From the human T2T-CHM13v2.0 reference genome, Homo sapiens: DNA of 64,000 nucleotides. Position numbers and translations under genes: made by a program. The notes under the pieces are model-generated. The model ran no database searches. It was not told the origin of the DNA and saw only the letters and a list, made by a program, of their open reading frames with translations. Below, piece by piece: positions 29,290-43,808 of the stretch. How positions within the stretch are numbered: the first letter of the stretch is position 1; the number at the start of each line of letters is the position of its first letter. The stretch lies in NCBI RefSeq assembly GCF_009914755.1, contig NC_060927.1. One strand, 5' to 3'.

Positions 29290-30334
29290 AATTACAGCCC
29301 ATAAAAGCTCCTCATTAACTTTCCCAGTACTAACCTACCTCTTGCAATTAATTTTACATTTTCTTGTTTCTCCTTTATTAAGTAAGCTGAAATGAAATAG
29401 AAATGATATAATTGTTTTTCTTTCTCATTTGGAGAAATACTCATGCAGTCTCAGTCCTCAGAGCATACAGAAAATGAGACTAGATGAGCTCCATTTGATA
29501 CAGAAATAACAGAATTCTGAACAATAATGGAATCACATTTATTCCAGTGAATATATGTATACCCATTCCAATGCAGAAAATATTATAATTCTCATAAATT
29601 TAAAAAAATAAAAGATATTTATTTTGTCATTACAGAAGTATTCCAGAGGAAAAATTAGGATTTACTCCTCTTTTGTAATCACTATTATGTGAGGCTTCCT
29701 CAACAGTAAGCCCACCTCCTTTTAGTGAGGAAAAGTGCATATGAGCATCCCTGCTGTAGGTTCTTATCTTGAAGATAACTTTTCTCTTCCATACCCAAAT
29801 TGCTAGTGTTATACAGTCCGAGGATGAGGTATGGGAACCCAAACATGAAGTTGTCAGTGTGTCTTACAGGAAAAGTACTAAGTGAATGATTCTGTCTATT
29901 CTGTGGAGGCCAAGTGATGTAATCTTTAGAAAAAATAGACATGATGTGATATTATTTGGGGGATTTTGTAAACCTTAAGGATATATGGTAGCGATAGTGG
30001 ACAATGTTTCTCAGAGACATCTTTCCTCAGTACTAGTTTTGAGAGCTCTCCTACAGAAAGATGTGGGTCCACAGGCCAAGGATACACTCTACCCCAGTCC
30101 TAACTCTATTGTCAGATCATGAATTATCCATGCAGGAATATGTCTTTCAAGTACATTGTTTTGGATTCCTGAGAGCTTTAAATACAATTCAATCATTATT
30201 ATTTTTCTAATCCAAAAATCAGTAGAGTGAATAATGGCCCACAAAATTCATCTAAAGGGATCTTGACTTGATTAAAATGACTCACTCAGGTTCATATAAA
30301 TGTCTTGCACATAATTTCATTTTGAATTGGCAAT

Positions 30335-30530
30335 GTGGCAATGTAGCACAAAGAGAACTGGACTAGAGGTTAGGAGAGCTGATTAAGGCTGGAATCTTCT
30401 TCAGTGAGGTGTGTGAACATAGCAAAATTAATACTTTCTGAACCCCAGCTTTCCTTATATTTATAGTGAAAGAATTATAAAAGACAAGGTCCATTATACC
30501 TCCAAGGTTCAGTCTAGCTCTTAAATTTAT
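30335..30530 (+). mobile_element. MIR3-like fragment
   Basis: 'aaagagaactggactagaggttaggagagctg...ctttctgaaccccagctttccttatattta'. Confidence 0.6.
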
Positions 30531-32519
30531 ACTTTATATGACATTTCTGGGCTCTCTCAGAAAAGAGATTTTGTCTCACTATCCTTGGGATGAAAATAGG
30601 ATACTTTCTTTTCTTTCATCTCTCCATTTGTCAGAGACAAAAAAAATCATCTCTCTCTTCTTAATGTTCTGTCTTAGTCTAGGCCACACTGTGGACAGAA
30701 CAACATTGTCAGTTAGGGAACCGTGATTGGCTACACTCACCCTCTCTCTAAGCTGGTTTGCTAAAGGGAAGGCTTTGTCTCAAAATGGATGGCTATCAGT
30801 ATGGTAGGTTTATCCAAAAAAAAAAAAAAAACCTCAGCAAGTTTATGTAAACACTGTGGTACTCAATGAAGGAAGTGCTGAGAGGGTAACAACATCTGAC
30901 GAATGGGTAAATTTTCTGGAATCTCGCAAGGCTTTGAACATAGCTCTCCCTGGTGGAGACTGCCTGAGCCGACCTGATGTTGTTTTTCCTCATGGTTGGC
31001 AGTTATAGAGTGCAGTGGAACAATCAGTTCCTTGGTTATCCTCCAAGGTGAGCAAGGTCAGTTTTAAACAGCTTTGCTGTCAGGGAGCCTCATATTTTAC
31101 TCTAGTCTCCTAACCTCACAAATCTTGAGGCTGGCACTGAAGTCAATGAGCCCTCTGCAGCCTGATTCCCCACAGCGACTTCTCTCTTCTTACAAACAAT
31201 GCCTCATCTTGGTTCTGCACACCTGCACAGGTTTTTAGGGAGCAGGACTGCAATTAGTCAATGCAGCCATAATTCAACCGTTATAAAGTATTTGCTTTCA
31301 CCAGGGTCCTTTTTGTACAGTCTCATATTAAGCATCCACCACAGGAAAATTGCCCTTGAATGTTTGGTCCTTCATCAGCATTAAACTACAGAGCTGACTT
31401 TGAATTTTGTCAAACGATTGTCATAGGACAGGGTGAGATTACATAGTCTTTTGCTTATTAGCATTTCATTTAGAACATTACCATATCAAATTGGCTTAAT
31501 TCTCTTCAGGGTATAAATATTTAAATTTTACAAATTCCAATTATGTTCCTTGCCCCCATTTTGTTCTTCCCACAAGAAAAAAATAAATAAATAAACATGA
31601 TTCAGAGTGTCTGTTAATCTCACTTAAGGCAAGGAGGAGCCTGAAGATGAACCGTTCATGAAATGACAGATGTCCTAAGAAAGAAAACATCTCCAAAATA
31701 AGACCATTTTACTCCCATTTCTTTCAGTGACATGGATGTTTCCAACTAAAATTATATTCAGCATTTTATTTCAATTAAGTAAGCTAGTGATATTGTTTGC
31801 AAATAGGTCCTGGTTAATATGGAGTTAAGTTCCTTGAAAATACAGCAGAACCCTTTTTGGGTGTGCCCTGATGATCCTCATCTGCTCCCTACGTGTCACT
31901 GACTTCTTTAGATTGTTATCAGGAAATTAGACACTCCATTGAAACAATCCTGGGAAAATAATTCAAGAATCTGGTTTTCATTTTCACTTCTGCTCCTAGA
32001 ACATTGGACCAGCAGTGCTGGTCCTGTGAAGGACTTGTGTTTGTATGGATGGGACATTGCATAGACCAGCTTAGCAAGACTAATTGATGGTTCAAGTTCT
32101 CTGAAGTATAGTTAGTGGCCAGAGGTTGGACTAGAAGGAAGAGAATAAGCAATTTGTTTGTCCAGGTTTTGATTTGCCTGACCAGGTGTGTCCATTTTCT
32201 CATGGTTAATGCCTGCGTCAACAGCACTGAGAAGCAACTAAACATTAAAGATTTATGAAGAAAACATTTCATAACCTATGAAGAATTTTACAAACTCTTG
32301 GATAGATGAGTCATTGTGGCATTCCACATCTAATGCTATGAGTTGCTTTCCCTGTTCCCTCGTTTCCTTGTTGCATGTAGCCATATAATAAATAGAACTG
32401 AGCTGCGTGGTGACCCATGGGATAATTATAAATATAGTAATGATTGTCTTTGGTTTATCTGACAGACAAAATATGGAGAAATGTGATTATTGTACTGTGT
32501 TAAAATTGTTCTGTGCTAA

Positions 32520-32891
<372 letters not shown>

Positions 32892-33094
32892 AAGGTGGGA
32901 TTATTCTTATTGTGAATCTACTGGAGAATCTACATTTGTTACAAAAAAGACAAAAATTCAGAGGGTCCACCCAAGGTGGGCTTAGAATTTGAATCTGTCT
33001 GCCTTTGTCTTGATTAAAAATGTATCATGATATTCAGGATAGAAAATTTATACTTTAGGTGGAGGCCTTGTCTCTCTCCAAACTTTTCTATAAT

Positions 33095-33612
33095 GACTCT
33101 GAAGTATTTCTCAAAATGCAGTTCTTATGTCAATCATCTATGATGACTAGTTCCCAGTAGCCTTCTGGATAAAAATCTAAAGTATTAATCATGGCACCTC
33201 AGACCACAGACTAGCTCTTTAATGTCATCTCTTCTCTCTGGCCCTCTCATGCATTATTTTCTAGTTACATTGAACTGTCTATTATATCTTGGCTACTACA
33301 TTTCTCATCTCCTTGTATTTGGATTTGTGATTCCTACACTCTGTAAACCTATTTTACAAATTAGGTTGGATAACTCTTATTCATTTTCTAGAATGCAATT
33401 ACTCCTTCAAGGAAACTCGCTTAATTTTACACCAATGTCCCAACCCCAACTGAGATTTTCGTTCCTCCTGGATATTCTTTGTTCATTAAACTATCACCCA
33501 CTACACTGTAAGTTCCTTTTTCCTAGAAATGTTGTCTTTTACTTACCAATCTATAATGCTTAGCTGTGTCTGATATACAGTAAGCTTCAGTCAGTGTTTG
33601 TTGAATGAATAA
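33095..33612 (+). mobile_element. L2 3' end
   Basis: Ends 'tctgatatacagtaagcttcagtcagtgtttgttgaatgaataa'. Confidence 0.7.
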
Positions 33613-34269
33613 GTGGGGTAAGTCAAGAGTGAGGGACCTAGGAAAGGTGCCTTTGAAGTTGGCCAGTCCTTTGGAACTGGAGTAGATATCATTGGATATC
33701 TTAGTCATTGAATAATAGATCATTTTTGTCTTTTGCTATATTTGCTGCTTTTTCTTTACCTTGGTATTTAATAAGGTCTCTTTTAAAGTTCTAGCCTCCC
33801 TAAACTGTGCTAAGAGAAACATGGAAGAGATTTTGTTTGTTCTTTATGTAGAGCAAAGAAAGGGCACACCATCCCTCCTGAGGCTAGCGAGATGGTGGCA
33901 GCAATATCTGAAATGTGAGAATCTCAAGAGGAAAGCAAGGACTTCCAAGGAGAGTGGAAGAACTACTGGGCCAATTGTTTTTCCAGAAATAAGAAAAGCC
34001 TGGAGGGTTGAGGTTTTGTTTTAATAAAGAAAATCCCATTTTCTTCCAGTGCCTTTCCACTGTCTCCTTTTAGCCATATTCTCCTCACTTTGCCAGGCTG
34101 TCCAGGTCCTTTATGTTGTCCTCTGGACATAGAGTTGCTACAACCTTTTCTGGATTCTTATACCTGCTATGGCTGGGGGCCTTTCCCAGACAGCAGTCAC
34201 CTAAACAGGACATTTACCCTTATAGGTGCTGAGTGTTTATGGCTGAATGGACCTTGCTTCATAGGAGTA

Positions 34270-35100
34270 GGTTTCACTCCAAAACTTGTGGCTTAATATA
34301 GCAATCATTTTGTTATCTCCCATGTTTCCATGGGTTTACTGTGTTCAGCTGGGTATTATTCTGTTGCTCTTGCTTGCGGTTTCTCATGTGGTTGCAGTCA
34401 GACGATGACTATTTCCTCATCTGCAGGCTGCTGTTATAATCTGGAGGCCTGTGTGAGATATTGGGAGGGCTGAACCTCCCTCCTTCTCCATGTAGTCTCA
34501 GGATTTCTCTATAATGACATCTTAATGACGTCTCTTTGTGATAGCCAGACCAGAGAAGAATACTTTTTTTCTTTTTTCTTTTTTTTCTTTCTGGGATGGC
34601 GTCTTGCTGTGTTGCCCACACTGGAGTGCAATGACATGATCTCGGCTCACTGCAACCTCCACCTCCAGGGCTCAAGTGATTCTCCTGCCTCAGCCTCCTG
34701 AGTAGCTGGAATTACAGGCATGCGCCACCATGCCTGGCTAATTTTTGTATTTTTAGTAGAGACAGGGTTTCACTATGTTGGCCAGGCTGGTCTCGAACTC
34801 CTGACCTCAGGTGATCCTCCCACCTCGGCCTCCCTAATTGTTGGGATTACAGGCGTGAGCCACTGCACCCAGCAGGAAGAAGACTTCTTATGTGGCCAGT
34901 TAGAGTTCCCAAAACCAAGCAAAGGGAGGCAGAGGCTGCCACCCCTCTTAAAATCTAGGTCCAGAAGTGTCACCATGTCACTCCTAACATGTACTATTGT
35001 TCATGGAAGTCACAGGGAAGCACAGATTTATTGTGGGAGGGGACTACACAAGATTATGAATGCCAGAAGGCATGGTTCATTGGGGACATCTTTTAAAACT
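34270..35100 (-). mobile_element. MLT1 (F/G/H-like) LTR interrupted by Alu
   Basis: 'ccaaaacttgtggcttaa', 'tctcatgtggttgcagtcaga', 'ggactacacaag...atgaatgccagaaggcatggttcattgggg'. Confidence 0.75.
34564..34872 (-). mobile_element. AluSx-type
   Basis: Full antisense dimer, 'ctcctgacctcaggtgatcc'. Confidence 0.94.
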
Positions 35101-35939
35101 CGCTAACTCGTTATCATAGGACACTTACATTTTAATAAACAATAAATAGGTTTTTTTCTTAAGTAATTTTAAGCACCAGGACTGTGTGTTCCTTCCTTTC
35201 TGCAAAACTTTCTTCCTTTTAGCTTTCTACTCAAATTCTCTATCACTTTCACTCACCACTCTCTCCATCACTTCCACTTCCTTGTCTCCACTTGTCTCTA
35301 TCACTTTCCTTCGTTCTGGTTCCTTTGCTTTTCTCCCCCAAAACTGGCAAGACTCAACATCCAGGTCTTGTCACTCTCTCTTACTAAGCTTCCATTGTGT
35401 TTTCCCCATAGAGTTAAACTCATTACAGTTCGTTTATGAGTTCTCCTTGACCTTCTTCACTGAGTCCACCTCCCACCACTCTTTCTGTGTGTCCTAAGCT
35501 CTAGTCATTTTTGATCATTAATACTTTCTTGAGTAAGATGTGTTCCTTCATATCTTTATGCTGTTCCAGATACTATTTCTTCTGACAAGAAGGAAGAAAC
35601 ATGTTTCTAAACCACTTAGTGTTCTCTAGTCTGCTCTTGGAACAAGTTAGGAGAATGTTCCTCTCCTTCAGCTTTCTCTGCATGATTGATTTCTCTTTCT
35701 TCTTCCTTTTCTTAGCACTTTTGATATAGAATTGATTTTATTGCATTGTAAACACTTCAGAGTGTCTCTCTTTCCAGAGATGTCGTATTCATCTCTGTGT
35801 CTTCTCACTCTAGTGTTTCACAGTGTCTAAAATATAGATGTTACAATCATACTGAATTGGCTGGCTGAATTATTTTATTCTTATTTTCCTTCCTCAACAA
35901 TTACCTCTATGTTGGTGCCCATATTTTTCTATAACCCTT

Positions 35940-37160
<1,221 letters not shown>

Positions 37161-38629
37161 TAATTACATGAACTTGTAGTGGTAGCATTTTCTGGGTCAT
37201 CATCTATAGGCCAGTGGGATGATATTTTCTCAAGATAATTTTAAAAGGCAAGAAAAAAGAAGGCTTCTTATTTCTAATTTCCAGATAAGATATCCCCTAC
37301 CTTGTCCCTGGATGATAGAACTGGATATTGTAAAATAATAGTAATTAGTATTTGAATGCCATTTAACTCTTTATAAAGCACCTTAACTGATATTTGCTTA
37401 TTCATAATTCTGTAAGTTCTTCCAAAATTACTATACACTTTGAGGCTGGTGGTGTGATGTGTGAAGATGAGATAGAGGAAGTAAGCGTGGAGGATTTGGA
37501 TTTGCAAAAACATTTGATAATGTATTGCTTTTCATTGGTCTCAAGGAGGTCTATTTCTAGGAGTATTGAGAAAGATATATATGTGTATATGTTTACCCAT
37601 TTACCAGAAAATGGGTTTACTTCTCTAACGTTTTAGCAATAAAAAGAATTCCAGATATGCAGCAAATAAATCTGACTGTTAGTCAGCCCTCAGGAGCTGC
37701 TGATAGCAAAAGACTGAAGATCCTATATTTCTATATTCAGATCATACTACTGAGGGATTTCAAGCTTCTCTTTCTCAAGCCAGCTTTTATGGTTTAATAG
37801 TTTTTCTGTTATGAAAATAAAGCAGATGACACAAAATTTCAGAGAAAGACAGCAAAAGTAAGAGCCAAAGAAAAGAAGGAGTGGAAGTGAAAAACGCTTC
37901 AGTGAAAAAACTGGAGAGCTGACACTTTGGCACCGAAATGTTAATGCTTATTTTTAAGATTATATCGCCACCTAGTAAATAAGCTCAGAAATACAACCAC
38001 AGAAAATGACAGCTTGTCTGGTGCTGAGCTCTAATCCTCTGGTTAGCAATTCCTGGGAGCACCTTTCCTTCTAAACATCTGCACACACAAATGTGCTACC
38101 TGCGCACGCTTTTAGAGTTCTCGTTGTTCAGGCTCAGCCCACGTTCTCCTGTTCATTTAGAGCAATGTGATGGAAAAGTCAACAGCACACATTTTAGAAA
38201 TGAAAACAAGCCAAGGATTTCTATCAAGGAACCTGTTATCTACTCTTGAAAAATGATTAGTTAAAACCATACATATTATCATTTGCCAGTTCTGAATAAT
38301 TCTGGGATTTTCATTAATGAAAATATTTTGCATTTTCTACTTTCATTTCTGTATAGAACCGAAGTGGTCTGTTCATGGTCTTTCTTGGTTAGGAAGCATT
38401 GGAACTAGGGAATTAAAAACACTAAAGACTGCTTAAAATTTTTCTTGTCTTTAGTTTTTCTGTTATTGTGAACAATCTTTTATTTCTTCTGCAGTGTTTG
38501 TTTGTACTGAATGCTTTATGCTTGATCACCCACCCTGATTCTGTTTTTGTACAAAAAGCTTGTTAGCTTGATAAAGCACTGCATAGGGTTTTAGTTGGTT
38601 GCTCAATAGATGATTATCTGGGTGGCATC

Positions 38630-38760
38630 CTGGCTATAGCCCTTGCTAGTTCCAATTTTGTAATCTGTGAGCTAGGGATAACAATAGTGCATACATCACT
38701 GGGCATTTGGGAGAAATAAATTAAGCAGCAAGTACTCAAAAATGTTAACTATTATTATTA
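38630..38760 (+). mobile_element. MIR fragment
   Basis: 'aatctgtgagctagggataacaatagtgcatacatcactggg...aaatgttaactattatt'. Confidence 0.5.
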
Positions 38761-39254
38761 ATAATAAAAATAGATCGATTAGAAATGGTAGAAACAAAGG
38801 ATAGAGACTGATTTCATCTTGCTCAATAGATCAAAATGGCACAGGAGATAAAAAGGTTTTAACCAAACACATAGATACAGATAAAGAAGGCATATATTCT
38901 GAGACTAGAAAACCATTCATTCTTAAAAATTCAGGTGATTAAATTTTAAAAAATTATTAAATTTTAATCATATTTAAAAATGATTGAATTCAAGTACTTA
39001 GAAACCTTGAAAATATACCTCCATTATTTTTTTCTATGCTATCTTTTTTTGAACGAAATCTATCCTCACTTCAGCCTTCCAAATAATAACTCCATTTTAT
39101 TTTGAGGGCTGTTTAGAATAAACATGATTAAAGAAATTAGCCAAGAGTTTAGGGTATGAAGTGGGAGAGGGGAGATTTTTGTTACGAGAGCCTTTTTCAT
39201 GGGGGTTATCAGGCATAAAATTATCAATTTTGTTTAACCCAGACGTGGCAGATT

Positions 39255-39702
39255 CTGCTATTTATCCCAGAATAACCATTGTTTTTCTTTTTCTTTCAAT
39301 AGAACTTTGTGCTGGTACATGATTATACAGCCAAATATGCCCTAGCTTCTTAAGTGTGGCATCAACTGTGTGATATGTGCTAACTTTGGTGCCATGCCTT
39401 CATGAAGAACATGCATTTTCTTCTCCCCTTGTCTTTTTCTACCTTTCTGCTGGCTGGAATGTGGATATGATGATGGGAATGGAACAGCCACTGAACCAAG
39501 AGAAGGAAGCTAAGTTTTAAAGAGAAATAGAGCAACAAGATAAAGGAAGCCTGGCTTCCCATCACTTCTGATGTGCCGTAACAGCCCTGGAATGCCTATG
39601 CAGACCTTACATGAGAAATAAGCCAATGCCTGTCTGACTTAAGCTTAAATATTTTTTTTTAGTTTCTTTATTACAGTAGCCTAAACTGTACTACAACTAA
39701 TT
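39255..39702 (+). mobile_element. MLT1J-like LTR
   Basis: 'ctgctggctggaatgtggatatgatg...gagcaacaagataaaggaagcctgg...cagccctggaatgcc'. Confidence 0.75.
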
Positions 39703-40214
39703 CTAATGGTCTACAAAGAGTCACAAGCCCTAGAAATATGAATATAAAATTATAGATGTTAAGTTTGACGTCTGCACGCTGCAAGGCACTGCTTCCTAAA
39801 GAGTGGTCTTTCATTTGATATTGGACTTTTATCAAAGAAAAAAGACTTTTAATGTACACCAAAAAAGGTCCTCTTAATAGGTGGTAGGAGGATTCTATTG
39901 TGTGGGGCTATCAAAGCGGTATCCCGCTTTCTTAAAAAAAAATGGAGAGGCTACGAAGAAATTAACTCAGGATAGAAGGTGGCTTGTCTGGTTACCTGGC
40001 ATCCAAGCTTCTTGTAGAACAAAAAAACAAGTGCAGATGAAAATGACAGGGAAAGAGGAGGGCTCTGGATCTGAGCACAGTGTGTTGGAGGAAGAATGGA
40101 AAAGGCCATAGGTTGTTGAACAGATCAAAGCAGCCTTTGGAGAGAAGATAAAAACATTAATTGGTATTTATTAAGATATTTGCTACCTACATTACAATGT
40201 CCTGTTTTCTATCT

Positions 40215-40460
40215 CCTCTAATAATAGCTAATGATTATTGAACACTTTCTATATGCCAGACTCTGTTCTAGGGTTTTACATCTGTAATAATGTAATCATC
40301 ACAGAAACTCTCTGAGGCAGTGCTATTATTTTTATTTATGTTTTCCAGATAAATAAAATGAAGCATCGAGGGGCGAAATTACTTGGTAAAAGTCATCCTT
40401 GCTAGTAAATTTGGCATTTGAACTCAAGCATTTTGCCCTAACCAATATGCTCTACTATCT
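40215..40460 (-). mobile_element. MIRb
   Basis: 'taatagctaatgattattgaacactttctatatgccagactctgttctagg...taatcatcacagaaactctctgagg'. Confidence 0.8.
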
Positions 40461-40856
40461 TTATATAATGTTTACTAAATTCTCCATTGCTGGCCATTAT
40501 CTTCAGACAAGCGGATTTGGGTTACACAGGAGCTTCAGAAAGAAGACATAACTGAAGACACTGTTATATTTAGTAAATCAATATACATTATCATACTAAA
40601 GGCTTCCCAGTAAATAAATCTGCTTAACTCTGTTTAATTCAGAATTTCCCAAATGTACTTGATCACAGAACTAATGTATTGAGCACTGGCTATTGCCACT
40701 CCAAGAAGCTAGTGTTTCACTGAACATACTTCTCAAATTCTTGGGGAGAAAAATATATTGACCTGGGTGTCAGGGGGCCCACATTTTGGTTCTGATTTGG
40801 TACTTTTTGTTTACATAGCTTTGGACAAGTCAGTATAGATTTCTGGGATTTCACTT

Positions 40857-41195
40857 CTTTTTATTCTTTTGTTTTCTTTTCTTTCTTTCATTTTATTTTA
40901 TTTTATTTTTTGAGACAAGGTCTTACTTTCTTGCTCAGGCTGGAGTGCAGTAGTGCAGTCATAGCTCACTGCAGCCTCACTGTCCTGGGATTAAGCAATT
41001 TTCTCAATTTATCCTCCTGAGTAGCTGGGATTATGGGCATGGATCACCACGCCTGGCTAATTTTTATTATTTTATTTTGTAGAGCTGGGATGTTGCTATG
41101 TTGCCCAGGCTGGTCTTCAACTCCTGGCCTTAAGTGATCCTCCTGCCTCAGCCTCCCAAAGTGCTAGGATTAGAGGTGTGAGCCATGTCTGGCTA
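40857..41195 (-). mobile_element. AluJ inserted at a MIR fragment (40760-40855)
   Basis: 'gtcatagctcactgcagcctc', 'ctcctggccttaagtgatcctcctgcc'. Confidence 0.92.
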
Positions 41196-41599
41196 GATAT
41201 TTGATCTAGTAAAACAGTGTCCAAGTTGATGCGGTGACCAGTGACATGTGAGCTTTAAGGACTAGGCTTGTATTTGGAAAAAGTGAAAGCAGAGATACAG
41301 CTATAAAAAGTCTAGACAATTAAATCCAGTTCTAAGCAAAAAGAGAAGAAATAGAACCAGGAAAATTCTGTATTGAGAGATTTTCCTTAAGCATTTGAGT
41401 ACTGGCATCAAAGAATATGTATGATAGATGATCCACAAGTATTTGTTTGGGCTCTGAATTTAGCCTTCATAAACATGGGGACATCACTGATTTCCATGCT
41501 ACCTCAGATCCCTACTAGTATCTTTCTCCAATTTGTGACCCACAATATCCAACCAGTTATTTTCCATCTATCTTGTTCATGTAGTACCTTGACCAAATT

Positions 41600-41870
41600 G
41601 TAAAGGAATAACTCAAGCAGATTAGACAGTTAGTCTTTGGCCAGGTGAATAAGACAGAAGAAGATATTTCAGGCAGAGAAAGTAGCATATGCAAAGGCTC
41701 AAGTGTAAGAAAGAGTAAGACAGGTTCAGTAATCTTGGGACAGTGCAGACTGGTGGAATGTGTGTTCATGGGATTTTTGTAGGTGTGGAGTTTGACGAAG
41801 AAGGATTCCAGAGAGAAGTGACTGGAAATATAAGCTGGGTTTGGGTGGTGGAGTATGTTCCATGTGCTAT
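41600..41870 (-). mobile_element. L2 fragment
   Basis: 'atttcaggcagagaaagtagcatatgcaaaggctc'. Confidence 0.65.
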
Positions 41871-42541
41871 ATTCAGGATGCCTCTCCCTGCATAGACTCA
41901 AGTTTTAGATATATCTTAATAGGAGTTTCCAGAAGTTAAGCATAAAAGGAAATCCCTTTATTCTGATGAGATTCCATGACTCTTTATGTGTCTTGGGAAA
42001 ATTAGGATATAAGCTAGAGTATAAGTAATAACCCAATTCTGTTCTAATAGAATAATTCAATTATCCTGGTACTGTCATTGGATGTATCATGAATTTGCAG
42101 GTGTATGTTTATTTTCATAGAAATAATTTCCCATCTTTCTATAAAGTGATAATTTCTACAATAACATCCTGATGATATTGGCTGCCTTATAATTAAGTCT
42201 ACTCTACATGACGAGGTTCTTCTGGAACTTTTGAATCTGGACGACACCAGAATAAAAGAGAAATATAGGCTTTAAATATAATTGTTGTAATTTCTGAAGA
42301 CCACTGGTTAAGGCAAATCTAGTTAATGCATAGGAAATCTTGATTTATACGACATTCTCTACCTGGTCTCAGCCTGTCTATTCAGCCTCATTTATCCCTA
42401 TCCATTTCCTTCTTACCTCACAATCTCACACACCTGCTCTCTGCCCACTTTGTGTCCTTCACTATTTCCCAAAAATTCCTGCCCATTTATGCTAAGCTTT
42501 GAACATGCTATTTTCTCTATCTGCTGAAGGTAAAGACTTAC

Positions 42542-42771
42542 CTTTGGCAGCTATAATAATATTTTGCTACAATCTAAGTAATTCTTGACATCAATTGCTT
42601 ACTGTCAAGAGGGTCAGTTATTATTAATCTTGCAGTTTGGTGGGAGAAAAGAAATTGAAGAGGGATGAAGAAAGGGGACTTATCCCTCAACTTCTTTTTT
42701 CAGAGATAGCCTCTGTATTCCAAATTTATGACTAGTAATTTAGAGGAGAAATATTCCTCAGTAAAATGCAC
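42542..42771 (-). other. Candidate non-coding exon (230 nt)
   Basis: Minus-strand acceptor 'cctcttacccctactcttttttcttccag|G' and donor 'AAG|GTAAGT'; no long ORF. Confidence 0.35.
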
Positions 42772-42839
42772 CTGGAAGAAAAAAGAGTAGGGGTAAGAGG
42801 AGAGAGGGATGAAGGAAGGAAACAAGGAGGAGGAAACTA

Positions 42840-43050
42840 CTCTGGGTACTTTGCTTTCTGAGCCAGTAAACATAATCTCATTTAATCCTTGCTACAATCC
42901 TGTGATCTTAGAGTACTAATTCCATTTTACTTTTAAGGGAAGAATATCCAAAAAGTAGATAATATTTCCAAGGTTATGTAGCCAACTAGATAATGGAGTT
43001 AGAATTTAAATCCAAGCTTTTAAGACTCAGAAGTCTACCACTCTTACCAA
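42840..43050 (-). mobile_element. MIR fragment
   Basis: 'atctcatttaatccttgctacaatcctgtga...ccattttac...ccaaggttatgtagc...agaatttaaatccaag'. Confidence 0.75.
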
Positions 43051-43232
43051 AGGCTCTACTTAGTGTCTTATTACAGTAATGTAAAAAAATAAATGGGATC
43101 AAGATATTATTGGGATGGTAATTGTAGTCTCCTGATTTACAGCCCATTGTTCTAGCCCCATCCCATCTGAACTATTGTCTTTTGGATAGGAAGGTTCATG
43201 TCTTATCTGTAACCATCAACACTGGCCATCTA

Positions 43233-43586
<354 letters not shown>

Positions 43587-43769
43587 ACAGCCATCTACTT
43601 AAGGCCATCTACTTAGTTATTTGGCATATGGCATTCCTTATATATATATTTTTGAAAATGATTTAAAGTCCTACATAATTTTTGACTACTTGGTACAGAG
43701 TATCCATCATAGATAATTCTTGACCTTAAAATTATTGTAAATTCAATGCCTTGCTGTTTATAATGCATT

Positions 43770-43808
43770 AAACTAAACTAAACTAAACAGAATGGGCTAA
43801 ACTAAACA
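43770..43808. repeat. (AAACT)n simple repeat
   Basis: aaactaaactaaactaaac...ctaaactaaac. Confidence 0.75.

Noticed and set aside
31003-31047. 45-nt plus-strand exon candidate (AAG|GTGAGC), and another at 25355-25493
   Set aside because: Weak or repeat-derived acceptors and no recognisable peptide; indistinguishable from pseudoexons.
38599-38831. 13-bp direct repeat ttgctcaatagat flanking a MIR fragment
   Set aside because: MIR is too old to keep a perfect TSD, the repeats do not abut the element, and such a match is plausible by chance in AT-rich DNA.
43590-43615. Tandem duplication gccatctactta x2 next to an Alu tail
   Set aside because: Ordinary short slippage duplication.
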